Numbered from the stretch's first letter, positions 32,358-42,427 are shown. The stretch is 63,628 bases of DNA from an uncultured Candidatus Berkelbacteria bacterium (GCA_903839975.1 CAIMEH010000002.1:1-63628), one strand, 5' to 3'. Translations and numbers: made by a program. Notes: generated by a model not told the origin, from the sequence alone.

Positions 32358-34880
32358 TTACTTTACCAGGGCAAGCTTCTCGCCTTTGCGGAGAACTCTA
32401 ATGGGTGTTGTTATTGAAATCTTACCCTTAAGAATCAAGTCGGAGAGCGGGTCTTCAATTAGTTCGGTAATAACTCGGCGAATCGGTCTGGCACCGAACT
32501 GTGGGTCGAATCCTTTCTCGGCGATAAGTTCTTTGGTGGCATTCTCAACTTGAATCTCAATCCCCTCTTTGGCGAGACGGTTGGTTAATAGTTTAAGCTG
32601 GCGATCAACAATCTCTTTAATCTCGTTTCTGCCGAGTGGTTTAAAGACGATGACTTTATCTAGTCGATTCAAAAATTCAGGGCGGAAGTGGTCTTTGATT
32701 TTGTCCATAATCTGGTTTTTAATCTTTTCGTAGCGCTTTTCGATATCTTCAACAGCACTCACTTTAAAACCAATTTCGGAGACGCGATTTAGCTCGGTCA
32801 TGCCGATGTTTGAGGTCATGATAATTATGGTGTTGCGGAAATTAACCTTGCGGCCTTTGGCGTCGGTTAAGTAACCATCTTCCATTATCTGGAGCAGCAT
32901 ATTAAAGACGTCTGGATGGGCTTTTTCAATTTCGTCTAGTAGCACAACTGAGTATGGCTGACGACGGATAGCTTCGGTTAGTTTACCGCTATCGTCGTAG
33001 CCCACGTAGCCTGGAGGTGCGCCAACAAGTCTGGAGACGTTATGCTTCTCCATAAACTCGCTCATATCAATTTTTATTAGCGCATCTTCCCTACCGTAAA
33101 CTTCACGAGCTAAAACTTTGGCAAGCTCTGTTTTACCGACTCCAGTTGGGCCAAGGAAGATAAACGAGCCCAATGGCCTATTTGGATCGGCCACTCCGGC
33201 ACTGGTACGTTTTACTGCCGAAGAGATGATATTAATCGCTTCGTCTTGGCCGACGATATGCTCTTTTAGGGTTTTATCTAAATTAGTTAGGCGAATTTTG
33301 TCGGTCTTGGTTAAGGTATTTACCGGAATGCCTGTCCACATGGAAACTACCTGGGCGATGTCTTCGCGAGTTATCGCTCTGGCGACCGTACGCTTCGGCA
33401 ATTTGGTTTTAAGTTTTTCTATTTCGCTAATTAGTCGCAGCTCCAAAACTCTCCATTTGGCTGATTCTTCGTAGGAGAAGTTCTCGGCAGCTTTCTGATG
33501 TTCAAGATTGGCTTGGCGGCGTCGCTTCTCCAGGTCAAGAATTTGGTTGGATACACCAACCTGCTTCTCTTCCAGTTGGGTGGCGGCCGATGCCTCATCG
33601 ATAAGGTCGATGGCTTTGTCTGGTAGGAAACGGTCGCTAATATAACGCTTGGCAAAATCGGCTGCGGCTTTAATAGCGTCGGGCTGTATGGTGACGTTGT
33701 GATGTTTTTCGTAGGTAGACTTAAGTCCGGTAAGAATTTGAATAGTCTCTTCCACGCTTGGCTCGTCCACGTTTACGCGTTGCAAGCGACGCTCTAAGGC
33801 CGGGTCTTTCTCGATGTACTTGCGGTACTCGTCGTTTGTTGTGGCACCGATCATTCGTAGCTGGCCTTTGGCTAATGATGGTTTTAAGATGTTGCTCATA
33901 TCAATAGAGCCTTCGGCGGCACCGGCACCGACAATAGTGTGGAGTTCATCAACAAACAAAATCACATTGCCAGCTTTAATTACTTCGTCGATTAATTTTT
34001 TAGTGCGCTCTTCGAACTGGCCACGGTATGTTGTGCCAGAAATTAGTAGCGCCAAATCTAGACTCAAAACACGTTTGTCGGCAAGTTGGGCCGGTACGTC
34101 GCCTTTGGATATTCTTTGGGCAAGGCCTTCAACGATAGCGGTTTTACCAACTCCAGGTTCACCAGTAAGGACTGGGTTGTTTTTCATTCGGCGAACTAGA
34201 ATTTGGGTCATACGGCGAATCTCTTTCTCGCGGCCGATAACAGGATCTAGCTTGCCTTGCTTGGCCATCTTAGTGAGGTCGGTAGTGAAGTAGTCGATAG
34301 CGGTTTTTGGTTTCTGAGCGCCGCCCCTGATTGTCTCCGGTGCCATCGGTTGTAGGTATGGGTCACTATCTGGCAATACTGGATGATCGTGCTCTTCCAT
34401 AGAATCTTCTTCGTCCTCGCGGGCTTGCTCGAAGTAATCTTCTATTTGATTACGAAGTACTTTTGGATCAATCTCCAATTCTTCCAAAACCTTATAACCG
34501 TTGCAGTCCTTTGTGGAAACAATAGCCAAAAGTAAGTGTTCGGAGTCGACGGTCGGCGAATTAAACCTTGCTGCTTGACGATAGGCGGTTTTGAGAATTC
34601 TCTTAAGGTCTTCGGCGATACCATATGAAGGTTTAATAGCTTCGGGTTTTAGCTGGACGGCGTACTTAACGCGTTCTGGGTTAACCATCAGTTCGCGCAG
34701 AGCTTCGTAAGCCACTGTGCCGGGATTATTAGATAAAGCGGCAAGCAAATGTTGAGTATCTATCCCCGACTCCATCGTTTGGGCGAACATCTCGCTGTCA
34801 CGTAAAATCTTTTCGGCGGTTTCGCTAAAGCGGCTCTGGAAGCTGTCGAAACTGTTATTGGATTCGTTAAACTTGCTCAT
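32358..34880 (-). CDS. clpC: ClpC/ClpB-family AAA+ chaperone ATPase
   Basis: Clp_N repeats, two AAA+ modules (GEPGVGKT, GPTGVGKT) and a short middle domain. The start was trimmed to MSKFNESN. Confidence 0.85.
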   Translation of the reverse strand: MSKFNESNNSFDSFQSRFSETAEKILRDSEMFAQTMESGIDTQHLLAALSNNPGTVAYEALRELMVNPERVKYAVQLKPEAIKPSYGIAEDLKRILKTAYRQAARFNSPTVDSEHLLLAIVSTKDCNGYKVLEELEIDPKVLRNQIEDYFEQAREDEEDSMEEHDHPVLPDSDPYLQPMAPETIRGGAQKPKTAIDYFTTDLTKMAKQGKLDPVIGREKEIRRMTQILVRRMKNNPVLTGEPGVGKTAIVEGLAQRISKGDVPAQLADKRVLSLDLALLISGTTYRGQFEERTKKLIDEVIKAGNVILFVDELHTIVGAGAAEGSIDMSNILKPSLAKGQLRMIGATTNDEYRKYIEKDPALERRLQRVNVDEPSVEETIQILTGLKSTYEKHHNVTIQPDAIKAAADFAKRYISDRFLPDKAIDLIDEASAATQLEEKQVGVSNQILDLEKRRRQANLEHQKAAENFSYEESAKWRVLELRLISEIEKLKTKLPKRTVARAITREDIAQVVSMWTGIPVNTLTKTDKIRLTNLDKTLKEHIVGQDEAINIISSAVKRTSAGVADPNRPLGSFIFLGPTGVGKTELAKVLAREVYGREDALIKIDMSEFMEKHNVSRLVGAPPGYVGYDDSGKLTEAIRRQPYSVVLLDEIEKAHPDVFNMLLQIMEDGYLTDAKGRKVNFRNTIIIMTSNIGMTELNRVSEIGFKVSAVEDIEKRYEKIKNQIMDKIKDHFRPEFLNRLDKVIVFKPLGRNEIKEIVDRQLKLLTNRLAKEGIEIQVENATKELIAEKGFDPQFGARPIRRVITELIEDPLSDLILKGKISITTPIRVLRKGEKLALVK

Positions 34881-35052
34881 GTCTTTGATGAAGTATATCA
34901 GAGTATTTTCGTTTGTCAGGGGTATATTCCACAAATTACTCTGTAAACCATTGTATTATCTTGCCTAAATAATGTAAAGGACGCTTTACATAATGTCAAC
35001 AATCAAAAGGCCGCCCGATAAGGGCGGCCTTAAAATCTAAACTTTTAGTTGC

Positions 35053-36183
35053 TTAAGCTTTTTCAGTTTCGGCTGGAGCTTCTTCGGTCTTCTCTTCTGT
35101 TGGCTCTACTGTTTTAACTTTTGGTTCGCGCTTTTTGCCTTCTTCGCCGGTCTTAACAATGTCGATCTCCCATCCGGAAAGCTTGGAAGCTAGGCGGACG
35201 TTCTGTCCGTTTTTACCGATAGCCAGCGAGAGTTGGTCTTCTGGCACAACAACTTCAGCACGCTTGTCTTTTTTCTTTAGAGTAATCTTTTCAATCTTGG
35301 CAGGCTTCAAAGCTTCAGCAATGAATGCTTCTGGCTCTTCGCGCCAAGGGATAATATCTACCTTCTCGTCGCCGATCTCGCTTAGGACGGCCTGAACGCG
35401 GGTTCCGCGCTGACCGACACAGGAGCCAACAGGGTCGAGACCCGGCTGGGTGGAGATAACGGCCATTTTGGTACGAGTTCCAGCTTCGCGGGAGATGGTT
35501 TTGACTTCAACGGCACCGCTGGCAATCTCTGGTACCTCTAGCTCGAATAATTTAGTAATAAAGTCACCGCTAGAACGAGTTACTAGAACGCGTGGACCAC
35601 GAGGTGTTTCTTCTACGTTATAAACTAAAATTTTCAAACGCTGGCCAGAGAAGTAGTGTTGGCCAGGAATCTGGTCGGAAGCAATCATTAAGCCGTTAAG
35701 CTTGCCGATGTTCATTATAACGTTTGGACCTTCAACCTGTTGAACGTAGCCGTTGATAAGCTGGCCCTGTTTCTCTTTGTATTCAGCGTAAAGAATCTCT
35801 TTTTCAGCTTCGCGAAGACGCTGGGAGATAACTTGCTTGGCGGTCATGGCAGCAATACGACCGAAATCGGAGTGTGGTTCAAGAGGAATCTCAATAACAT
35901 CTCCAACTTTTGGAGCTTTTTTATACTCTTTAGCTTCTTCTTCGGTTAGCTGAGCGTGAACATTTTCCTGTTCCTCTTCGGTAACAACGTCGAAAATCTG
36001 TTTCATCTGAAATTCGCCCGATTCTTCGTCGAGTTTGGCGACAATATTTTCTTCTGGGTGACCGTAGTCTTTGCGGTAAGCGGCGGCGACGGCCGATTCG
36101 ATTGCCTCGACGATAACGTCTTTAGGCAGACCTCGTTCGTCTGATAGCTGGTTGATTGCGGCTGCAAATGCACTGATTGCCAT
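35053..36183 (-). CDS. nusA: Transcription termination/antitermination factor NusA
   Basis: N-terminal domain plus S1 plus two KH domains. SD sequence AAGGAGAA upstream. Confidence 0.9.
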   Translation of the reverse strand: MAISAFAAAINQLSDERGLPKDVIVEAIESAVAAAYRKDYGHPEENIVAKLDEESGEFQMKQIFDVVTEEEQENVHAQLTEEEAKEYKKAPKVGDVIEIPLEPHSDFGRIAAMTAKQVISQRLREAEKEILYAEYKEKQGQLINGYVQQVEGPNVIMNIGKLNGLMIASDQIPGQHYFSGQRLKILVYNVEETPRGPRVLVTRSSGDFITKLFELEVPEIASGAVEVKTISREAGTRTKMAVISTQPGLDPVGSCVGQRGTRVQAVLSEIGDEKVDIIPWREEPEAFIAEALKPAKIEKITLKKKDKRAEVVVPEDQLSLAIGKNGQNVRLASKLSGWEIDIVKTGEEGKKREPKVKTVEPTEEKTEEAPAETEKA

Positions 36184-36330
36184 ATATTGGTTCTCCTTTA
36201 CTTAATAGTAACTTGGTTTTGTTCTTTTGTCTTTGGTAAGAAAAAAGCCAGGATTAAATCCTGGATTACAAAGTAATAATAGCACACATCGCCTAGAAAG
36301 CAAATACTGGGGCCAGTTTGGCCCCAGTTG

Positions 36331-36516
36331 TTACGGAATTCTTTTTAACTTCTCGTCAGAGATATCCTCTATACTTAAATGATCCCAATTATCACAGTCC
36401 CCTCTTGTACAGCGAATCATCGTTCGTCTGTCTCCGTTGATTTCTACAAGAGCTTTCCTAAAGAACCTACATTTGAGGCAAATCTCAGGTTCTAGTAGTT
36501 TTACAACTGTTGGCAC
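36331..36516 (-). CDS. Small Cys-containing (zinc-ribbon-like) protein, 61 aa
   Basis: CLKC ... C ... C spacing. No family recognised. Confidence 0.4.
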   Translation of the reverse strand: MPTVVKLLEPEICLKCRFFRKALVEINGDRRTMIRCTRGDCDNWDHLSIEDISDEKLKRIP

Positions 36517-36564
36517 AATTCCCCACCTCCTGGAAAAATACCCAATAATTATAGTGGATATAAC

Positions 36565-37284
36565 TTAAGAGAACAATGCTTTTAGGGGAAAAACTATTAC
36601 GGCGTTCCAGGCGCGCTTGAATCTTTTTGGCTCTAGAATTAATCGCCAGAACCACTCCATATGAATTGCGCGGATGAATTTTGGGGCACGTGGCAAGGTG
36701 CCACCAAGCATATTAAATGTTCCACCAACGCCAACCAAAATCTTGGCGCCAGTTTCTTTGGCGTATTTTTTTATCCACAATTCTTGATTTGGGGCAGCGT
36801 AAGCTACGAAGACTATATCTGCTCCAGTTTTTTTGATTTTTTCGGCAGTTCCGTCTTCGTTTGGGTCGGCTTCGCTATAACCAGCTACTTTCAGCTCTGG
36901 GAAAATATTTTTTAATGTTTCTACTGATTTTTTAGTAACGCCGTTCCAACCACCTAGTAAAAATACTGACTTGCCGGTTTCGACAGCTATTTTGGATAAT
37001 CTTACAGTTAGGTCGCTTCCTGGGGTAACTTGTTTTAGTCTGTGGCCTTTGAGTTTGCTCATCCAAACTACATTAGTTGAGTCGGGAATAACTAAATCGG
37101 CGTTATTAATTATCTCTTTGAACACTTGGTTTTTTTGGGCTAGTAAAATAAACTCACCGTTAACGGTTACTATTTGTTTTGGTGTTTTCTCATTCAAAGC
37201 ACGGTGACAAAACTCGTCGATATTGTTCCAAGTTACCTTATCTACCCGAACGCCAAGAAGTTTTATACTAGGAATTTGCGACAT
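36565..37284 (-). CDS. WecB/TagA/CpsF-family glycosyltransferase
   Basis: 239 aa with TagA-like N-terminal LGVRVDKVT and a core sequence pattern. Confidence 0.75.
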   Translation of the reverse strand: MSQIPSIKLLGVRVDKVTWNNIDEFCHRALNEKTPKQIVTVNGEFILLAQKNQVFKEIINNADLVIPDSTNVVWMSKLKGHRLKQVTPGSDLTVRLSKIAVETGKSVFLLGGWNGVTKKSVETLKNIFPELKVAGYSEADPNEDGTAEKIKKTGADIVFVAYAAPNQELWIKKYAKETGAKILVGVGGTFNMLGGTLPRAPKFIRAIHMEWFWRLILEPKRFKRAWNAVIVFPLKALFS

Positions 37285-38368
37285 TATTTAATACATCTAG
37301 GGTTTGCTGAGCGCATTTTTCCCAAGAAAATTTTTTAGCTTGATCCATCCCCTTCTCACTTAAGCTATTAGCTAGATCTTTTTGATGTAAAACTCGGCTC
37401 ATTGCAGCTGCCCAAGTCAGTGGATTTTCTGGAGCAAGTAGAATCGCGGCGTCACCGGCAACTTCTGGCAAACTTGACGCGTTGCTACAGATTAATGGCG
37501 TACCCATTGCTAAAGGTTCTAGGGCGGAGATACCAAAACCTTCATATTTTGACGGAAAGACAAATGCTACGGCGTGTTTTAAATAGCGAACAGATTCTTC
37601 ATCCGGAATAAATCCAAGCTCGATCACTCGTTCACGAATATTTATTGGCAGAGACTCGATTTTTTTCTTGACGATCTCGTAGCCAGTGCCTGGTTTTCCC
37701 GCGATGTATAGTTTTACGTTCTTCGATTCTTTGGCAAGTAGGGCGAAGGCGTCGATTAATAATTTGGTATTTTTTCTCTCTTCAACGCGGGCAGTGTAGT
37801 AAAAATATGGATCAGTGTCTGGGGAGCTGCCGTACTCCTTCTTTGGGTTATAAAGATTTTCATTATATCCAAGCGGCGTTACCGTCACTTTTTCCAAACC
37901 ATTTTTATAGAACTTAGCCAGATCATCTTTTGTTGCCTGTGACGGCACCAAAATGGCTTTGGCCTTGCTCATAGCCGTGCTGGTAAAAAACTTCAAATAT
38001 CGCTTGGCAATGGATGAGTAGGCTTCGGGAAAATATTTCCAAGCTAAATCGTGGACCATGACTACAGCTTTCGTTTTGATGATTACTGGCAAAACATTTG
38101 ATGGCACAAACAACACGTCGGGGACGTTTTTGTTGATTTCTCTACCAAGGCCCAGCTGTGACCATAGTCGGCGTTCTGGAATAATCTTCCATTCGGCATT
38201 ATCAAACACCCCAAAGTCGTGGTCTGGTAGGTGAGGCGCGTAAAGTCGATAGCGGTTAACTTTATCCAGCTTTAATAGCTCGCGAATAATAAACCACGAA
38301 TAGTTTTCAGTTCCGGTTCTGTTTTGTCTGACGGCGCGCGAGGCGTCGATTCCAATAATTTTGGACAT
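37268..38368 (-). CDS. GT4-family (GT-B) glycosyltransferase
   Basis: EGFGISALEPLAMGTPLICSN motif, 366 aa. Confidence 0.8.
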   Translation of the reverse strand: MSKIIGIDASRAVRQNRTGTENYSWFIIRELLKLDKVNRYRLYAPHLPDHDFGVFDNAEWKIIPERRLWSQLGLGREINKNVPDVLFVPSNVLPVIIKTKAVVMVHDLAWKYFPEAYSSIAKRYLKFFTSTAMSKAKAILVPSQATKDDLAKFYKNGLEKVTVTPLGYNENLYNPKKEYGSSPDTDPYFYYTARVEERKNTKLLIDAFALLAKESKNVKLYIAGKPGTGYEIVKKKIESLPINIRERVIELGFIPDEESVRYLKHAVAFVFPSKYEGFGISALEPLAMGTPLICSNASSLPEVAGDAAILLAPENPLTWAAAMSRVLHQKDLANSLSEKGMDQAKKFSWEKCAQQTLDVLNNVANS

Positions 38369-38403
38369 ATCAGATATTATTATGCCACTTCTGGTGTATT
38401 TGA

Positions 38404-39411
38404 CTACCTTTTAGCCCACAAAACTGAACGGACGTACTCGTCGAGATTTTCGATGGCGATACCGGTGCCTTTAACGACGCAGAGCCTGGACTCTTCGGCT
38501 AACTGGCATGGAACGCCGGTAACTTTAGTTAATAGCTCGTCAAGATTTCGTAGCATTGAGCCGCCGCCGGTCATAATCATTCCCTTGTCCATGATATCGG
38601 AGGCTAGTTCTGGTGGGGTCTTCTGGAGAACAGTTTTAACGGCACCGATAATTTCTTTCAGTTCTTCTTGGACAGCGTTCATAACATCAGTGGAATTTAC
38701 GATTATTGATTCAGGCAAGCCGGTAACAGAATTGGTGCCCGAAACTTCTAAAGTTTGCTCTTTCTTCTGTGGTAAAACAGTTCCAATTTTAATCTTTAGG
38801 CTCTCGGCAGTTGGTTCTCCGATAACTAGTGAGTATTTTTTACGAATATAGTTAGCAATTGAAGTGTCCATCTTGGCACCGCCAACACGTACCGACGTAG
38901 CTGCCACAACGTCGCCTAAAGAGATAACAGCAACTTCGGTAGTGCCACCACCGATATCGATGATTAAATGTCCTTCAGCGGCGGCAATTGGTACGTTTGC
39001 GCCAAGGGCAGCAGCAATTGGTTTTTTGATAATGTAAGCGTTTTTAGCTCCTGCAGCGACGCAGGCATCGACAACGGCTCGACGTTCAGTGGAAGTGGCG
39101 CCTACTGGCACGGCCACCATAATGTCTGGCCTAAACAAACGTAATCGGCCGGAAATTCGGTTGATAAAGTAGCGAAGCATCGCTTCGGTAATCTTAAAAT
39201 TGGCGATAACTCCGTCTTTTAGTGGTCGTGAGGCAATAATAGAATCTGGAGTTTTGCCGAGCATTTTCTTAGCCTCTTCTCCAAAGGCAACGATCTTATC
39301 GTTGTATGCGTCTAATGCCGCAACCGAGGGCTCGTCAATTACAATTCCCCTGTCCGGCACATAGATTAAAATGTTAGTTGTTCCCAAATCTACGCCAATT
39401 TTTCTAACCAT
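38404..39411 (-). CDS. mreB: Rod-shape protein MreB
   Basis: Actin-like GVDLGTTN and DIGGGTTEVAV motifs. Confidence 0.9.
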   Translation of the reverse strand: MVRKIGVDLGTTNILIYVPDRGIVIDEPSVAALDAYNDKIVAFGEEAKKMLGKTPDSIIASRPLKDGVIANFKITEAMLRYFINRISGRLRLFRPDIMVAVPVGATSTERRAVVDACVAAGAKNAYIIKKPIAAALGANVPIAAAEGHLIIDIGGGTTEVAVISLGDVVAATSVRVGGAKMDTSIANYIRKKYSLVIGEPTAESLKIKIGTVLPQKKEQTLEVSGTNSVTGLPESIIVNSTDVMNAVQEELKEIIGAVKTVLQKTPPELASDIMDKGMIMTGGGSMLRNLDELLTKVTGVPCQLAEESRLCVVKGTGIAIENLDEYVRSVLWAKR

Positions 39412-39583
39412 GGTAACTTCTTAATAACATATTATGGGTTTTCTGGCAGAAAAACCGCGGCTCGAACCTTTAATAAATTCTTATACGAGTCGTGTATCTT
39501 TCTTACCATATTGAGGTCATTCTAACAGTATCCAAAATCTAGGCAACTCCCCTACTATTGGCACTTGTTGTATACTACGGCTA

Positions 39584-40297
39584 ATGCACAAAAAACGGGA
39601 AAAGATCGCCAGCTATATCATTAGTGTCTTGGCGATTACTGCTTTTGTTCTAATAGCTTTCTATGCTTTGGTCTGGGCCAACGGTCTTAAAATAGACTTT
39701 AACAATGGCACTATCGTAAAAACAGCGATGATCGCCATTGAGCCAACGATTAAAGACGCAACGATATTGTTAAACGGTGAAACAGTCGGCAGTAGCACTC
39801 CTCTTCAAGAACGGAACCTCGCAGCTGGACGTTATAGCGTAGTTATAAAAAAAGTTGGTTATCTCGATTACAATAACGTTTTCACGCTTGCCACCGGACA
39901 GGTTGGAATCGTAAATTCTGACGTCGTTTTACTGGCGAGTAATCCTACAATTGAAAAGAATATTCCTTCGCTCTTTTACCACACAATGGATCCGTACGAT
40001 GTTGGTATCTCAATAAGTAATGGCGAGATATTTGATAACGGCAGTTTAATTACACGATTGTCTGGCACGCCATCACAGGTTCATCGGTTGAACGCTGGCT
40101 ATGTTTACCAGCTAGGCGACCAAGTTAGATTGTATCTACCACCTAACAATCAGGATGTTTTGGTTTTCTCTTTACCAAACGACGAGCAGGCAAAAATAAA
40201 CTTAGATTATTCCAACTGGCAGGTAATTGTTTTCGATAAAACTGGAGCAACTACCGTAATTCATCTGCTTGAACCGAGCGCTTCTACGACTAGCTAA
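39584..40297 (+). CDS. PEGA-domain protein with an N-terminal TM anchor
   Basis: GRYSVVIKKVGYLDY is a PEGA-like motif. TATACT lies 7 nt before the ATG. Confidence 0.6.
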   Translation: MHKKREKIASYIISVLAITAFVLIAFYALVWANGLKIDFNNGTIVKTAMIAIEPTIKDATILLNGETVGSSTPLQERNLAAGRYSVVIKKVGYLDYNNVFTLATGQVGIVNSDVVLLASNPTIEKNIPSLFYHTMDPYDVGISISNGEIFDNGSLITRLSGTPSQVHRLNAGYVYQLGDQVRLYLPPNNQDVLVFSLPNDEQAKINLDYSNWQVIVFDKTGATTVIHLLEPSASTTS

Positions 40298-41019
40298 CGA
40301 CTTGAAGGTAAGCTTGAGGAGAGCGGGCTGCTAGTTTGAGTGCCGGTTATTGTTCCGCCAGAGAGTGTGGCGGTAATAATTAATCTATTAGTGGCAGTGC
40401 CAACAGGATAACAAGTAATTAACGTTAAAGTTGGTCCGTCGGTTTTATTTAATACACTTAAGTCGGTTGGCTTTACTACTTTACTTCCAGTAACAGTGTA
40501 GGAAAATTCTTGATCGTGAAATGGAATTACAATCTGGTCGCCTACCACCAGCTTATCAAGCAAGGCAAAGATATTTTTATAATGACCGGTACTCCATGGG
40601 TAGTCTGATGAATGACCAAATATAACGACATTGCCGTTTTGGCCAGGTGTGGCAGACCCTTGTAACTGAACAACTCCGTTTACTAAAGTTGGAATTACTT
40701 GGTCGATAGCAATATTCGTTATTACTGGGGCGTCAAGGCCGATCTTGGCAATTTTAATCTCTGGTGAGTAGTCTGGTTTTGGTTGGTTTGGAACCGGAGT
40801 TGGAATAACTAAGGCGGTTGTTTTTGGTGGGTCAACGCTAAATTTTAACCTTGTCCAATAAGCACTAAAGTTTAGTAAATAGAAAAATAGGAAAAATAAT
40901 ACTGTCAGGGAGAATAACTGCTTAATTCCCCATTTTAGAAACTTTAAAGCCCGCCCTATCGGCGTACTTGTTTTAAATATTTTTTTGAAGTCCCTCTCCT
41001 CTAACCTAACTGGTTGCAT
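40294..41019 (-). CDS. Sortase-family transpeptidase
   Basis: TLITCYP catalytic-Cys motif, VIFGHSS His motif, N-terminal TM. The start was set to ATG 41019 because the listed GTG (41046) lies inside tRNA-Leu. The start remains uncertain. Confidence 0.7.
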   Translation of the reverse strand: MQPVRLEERDFKKIFKTSTPIGRALKFLKWGIKQLFSLTVLFFLFFYLLNFSAYWTRLKFSVDPPKTTALVIPTPVPNQPKPDYSPEIKIAKIGLDAPVITNIAIDQVIPTLVNGVVQLQGSATPGQNGNVVIFGHSSDYPWSTGHYKNIFALLDKLVVGDQIVIPFHDQEFSYTVTGSKVVKPTDLSVLNKTDGPTLTLITCYPVGTATNRLIITATLSGGTITGTQTSSPLSSSLPSSR

Positions 41020-41021
41020 TG

Positions 41022-41104
41022 TGCCGGAGGTGGGAGTCGAACCCACATGAGGTTGCCCTCACACGATTTTGAGTCGTGCATGTCTGCCATTCCATCACAC
41101 CGGC
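41022..41104 (-). tRNA. tRNA-Leu(CAA), class II with a long variable arm
   Basis: Folded by hand: acceptor GCCGGTG/CTCCGGC (one mismatch), anticodon loop CTCAAAA, T-arm GTGGG-TTCGACT-CCCAC. CCA is not encoded. Confidence 0.9.
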
Positions 41105-41159
41105 AATACTTTCTAACCGCGTGATGGATTCAACTGAAGGGCGATTCCATCACACCGGC
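41089..41159. repeat. Exact 16-nt direct repeat of the tRNA-Leu 5' end
   Basis: attccatcacaccggc occurs at 41089-41104 (inside the tRNA) and at 41144-41159 (upstream of it). Confidence 0.9.
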
Positions 41160-41208
41160 TGAGTCTAGGTTAATTTTACCTTATTTTTTGATAGAATTAC
41201 ATCTGTTA

Positions 41209-41280
41209 GGGCCAGTAGCTCATCGGTAGAGCGCTTCATTCGCATTGAAGAAGTAGTGGGTCCAATTCCCATCTGGTCCA
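41209..41280 (+). tRNA. tRNA-Ala(CGC) with an atypical T-loop
   Basis: Cloverleaf folded by hand. G3:U70 is present, anticodon loop TTCGCAT. T-loop TCCAATT has C at position 55, where U/psi is normally found. Confidence 0.75.
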
Positions 41281-41345
41281 CTGTCCAACGACGACGCGTA
41301 AGCGGGAGGCGTCGAAGCGTCAGCGAAGAATTCCCATCTGGTCCA
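41264..41345. repeat. Exact 17-nt direct repeat of the tRNA-Ala(CGC) 3' end
   Basis: aattcccatctggtcca occurs at 41264-41280 (tRNA 3' end) and at 41329-41345, separated by 48 nt. Confidence 0.9.
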
Positions 41346-41386
41346 CAGCTCTTCACTATCCCCTCTTCTCGTAGTACGGTAGAGAT

Positions 41387-42409
41387 ATGTCAGGACAGAT
41401 AGTAGTACTAGACGCGAACAAGATGTTGGAGAAGATCCACGACTTTCCTAATCAACTTGAAATCTCATGGAAAACTAATTGGATTAAGAAGCTTCCTATC
41501 GATACAAAAAAAATTAACCACGTAATAATTGCTGGTATGGGCGGCTCAGGAATTGCTGGCAAGCTTGGTCGCGAATTATTTCTTGGCTCAAAAACCCCAA
41601 TAGATGCTTGGTCCGATTACGGATGCCCTGGCTGGGTTGATGAAAATACCCTCTTCATTGCTGTTAGCTACTCTGGCGAAACCGAAGAAACGCTCGACGC
41701 TACAAAAGCAGCTATAGAGAAAAAAGCCCAAATTGTGGCGATAACAAAAGGCGGTAAGCTTGAAGAGCTTTCTCTAACAGCAAAATTCCCAATAGTGAAA
41801 ATAGAATACGATTCATCGCCACGTGAAGCTTTGGGCTGGCTTTATGGGTCGCTTTTGACAGTTTTGGTTAAATCTAAAGCCGTGGACTTAACTGAAGAAA
41901 GATATTTTAAGGCCCACAAAGAACTTAAAAATGCTGTAGAAACCAGAAGTTTTCCCGAAAAAGCACAACAGCTAGCTATGAGCATGGCAAATAAAGTGCC
42001 AGTAATTATTTCTGTTTCACCTTTAACAGCTGTAGCCAACCGGTGGGTTACTCAGATTAACGAAAATGCCAAAGAGTTTGCTCTTCAGGCAACCCTACCA
42101 GAGATGTGCCATAACACTATTGTTGGACTAGAGTATACAATTCCGGAGAAACTACAGTTTTTATACCTAGAATCGACCTCTGCTTTTTCCAGAAATATCT
42201 TGCGCGGAAAAATAATTCACCAAATTATTGAGAAAAGAGAGATCCCAGTTATCCCCATGACAATGCGCAACGAATCACCTTTGGCGGAACAGTGGTTGTT
42301 TATCTATTTCGGCGACCTGTTAAGCTATTATCTAGCAGGAGTAAATGGTGCTGATCCGTCGCCAATCGAGTCAATTAACTTCTTAAAAGAAGAATTAAAA
42401 AAAGCATAA
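41387..42409 (+). CDS. Bifunctional phosphoglucose/phosphomannose isomerase (SIS domain)
   Basis: GMGGSGIAG and SYSGETEET SIS motifs, 340 aa, PGI/PMI-type. Confidence 0.8.
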   Translation: MSGQIVVLDANKMLEKIHDFPNQLEISWKTNWIKKLPIDTKKINHVIIAGMGGSGIAGKLGRELFLGSKTPIDAWSDYGCPGWVDENTLFIAVSYSGETEETLDATKAAIEKKAQIVAITKGGKLEELSLTAKFPIVKIEYDSSPREALGWLYGSLLTVLVKSKAVDLTEERYFKAHKELKNAVETRSFPEKAQQLAMSMANKVPVIISVSPLTAVANRWVTQINENAKEFALQATLPEMCHNTIVGLEYTIPEKLQFLYLESTSAFSRNILRGKIIHQIIEKREIPVIPMTMRNESPLAEQWLFIYFGDLLSYYLAGVNGADPSPIESINFLKEELKKA

Positions 42410-42427
42410 AAAATAAGTGAGGGAAAT

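Noticed and set aside
41165-41356. The 63-aa minus-strand ORF.
   Set aside because: It is antisense to tRNA-Ala(CGC) and its downstream repeat, so it is not a plausible gene.
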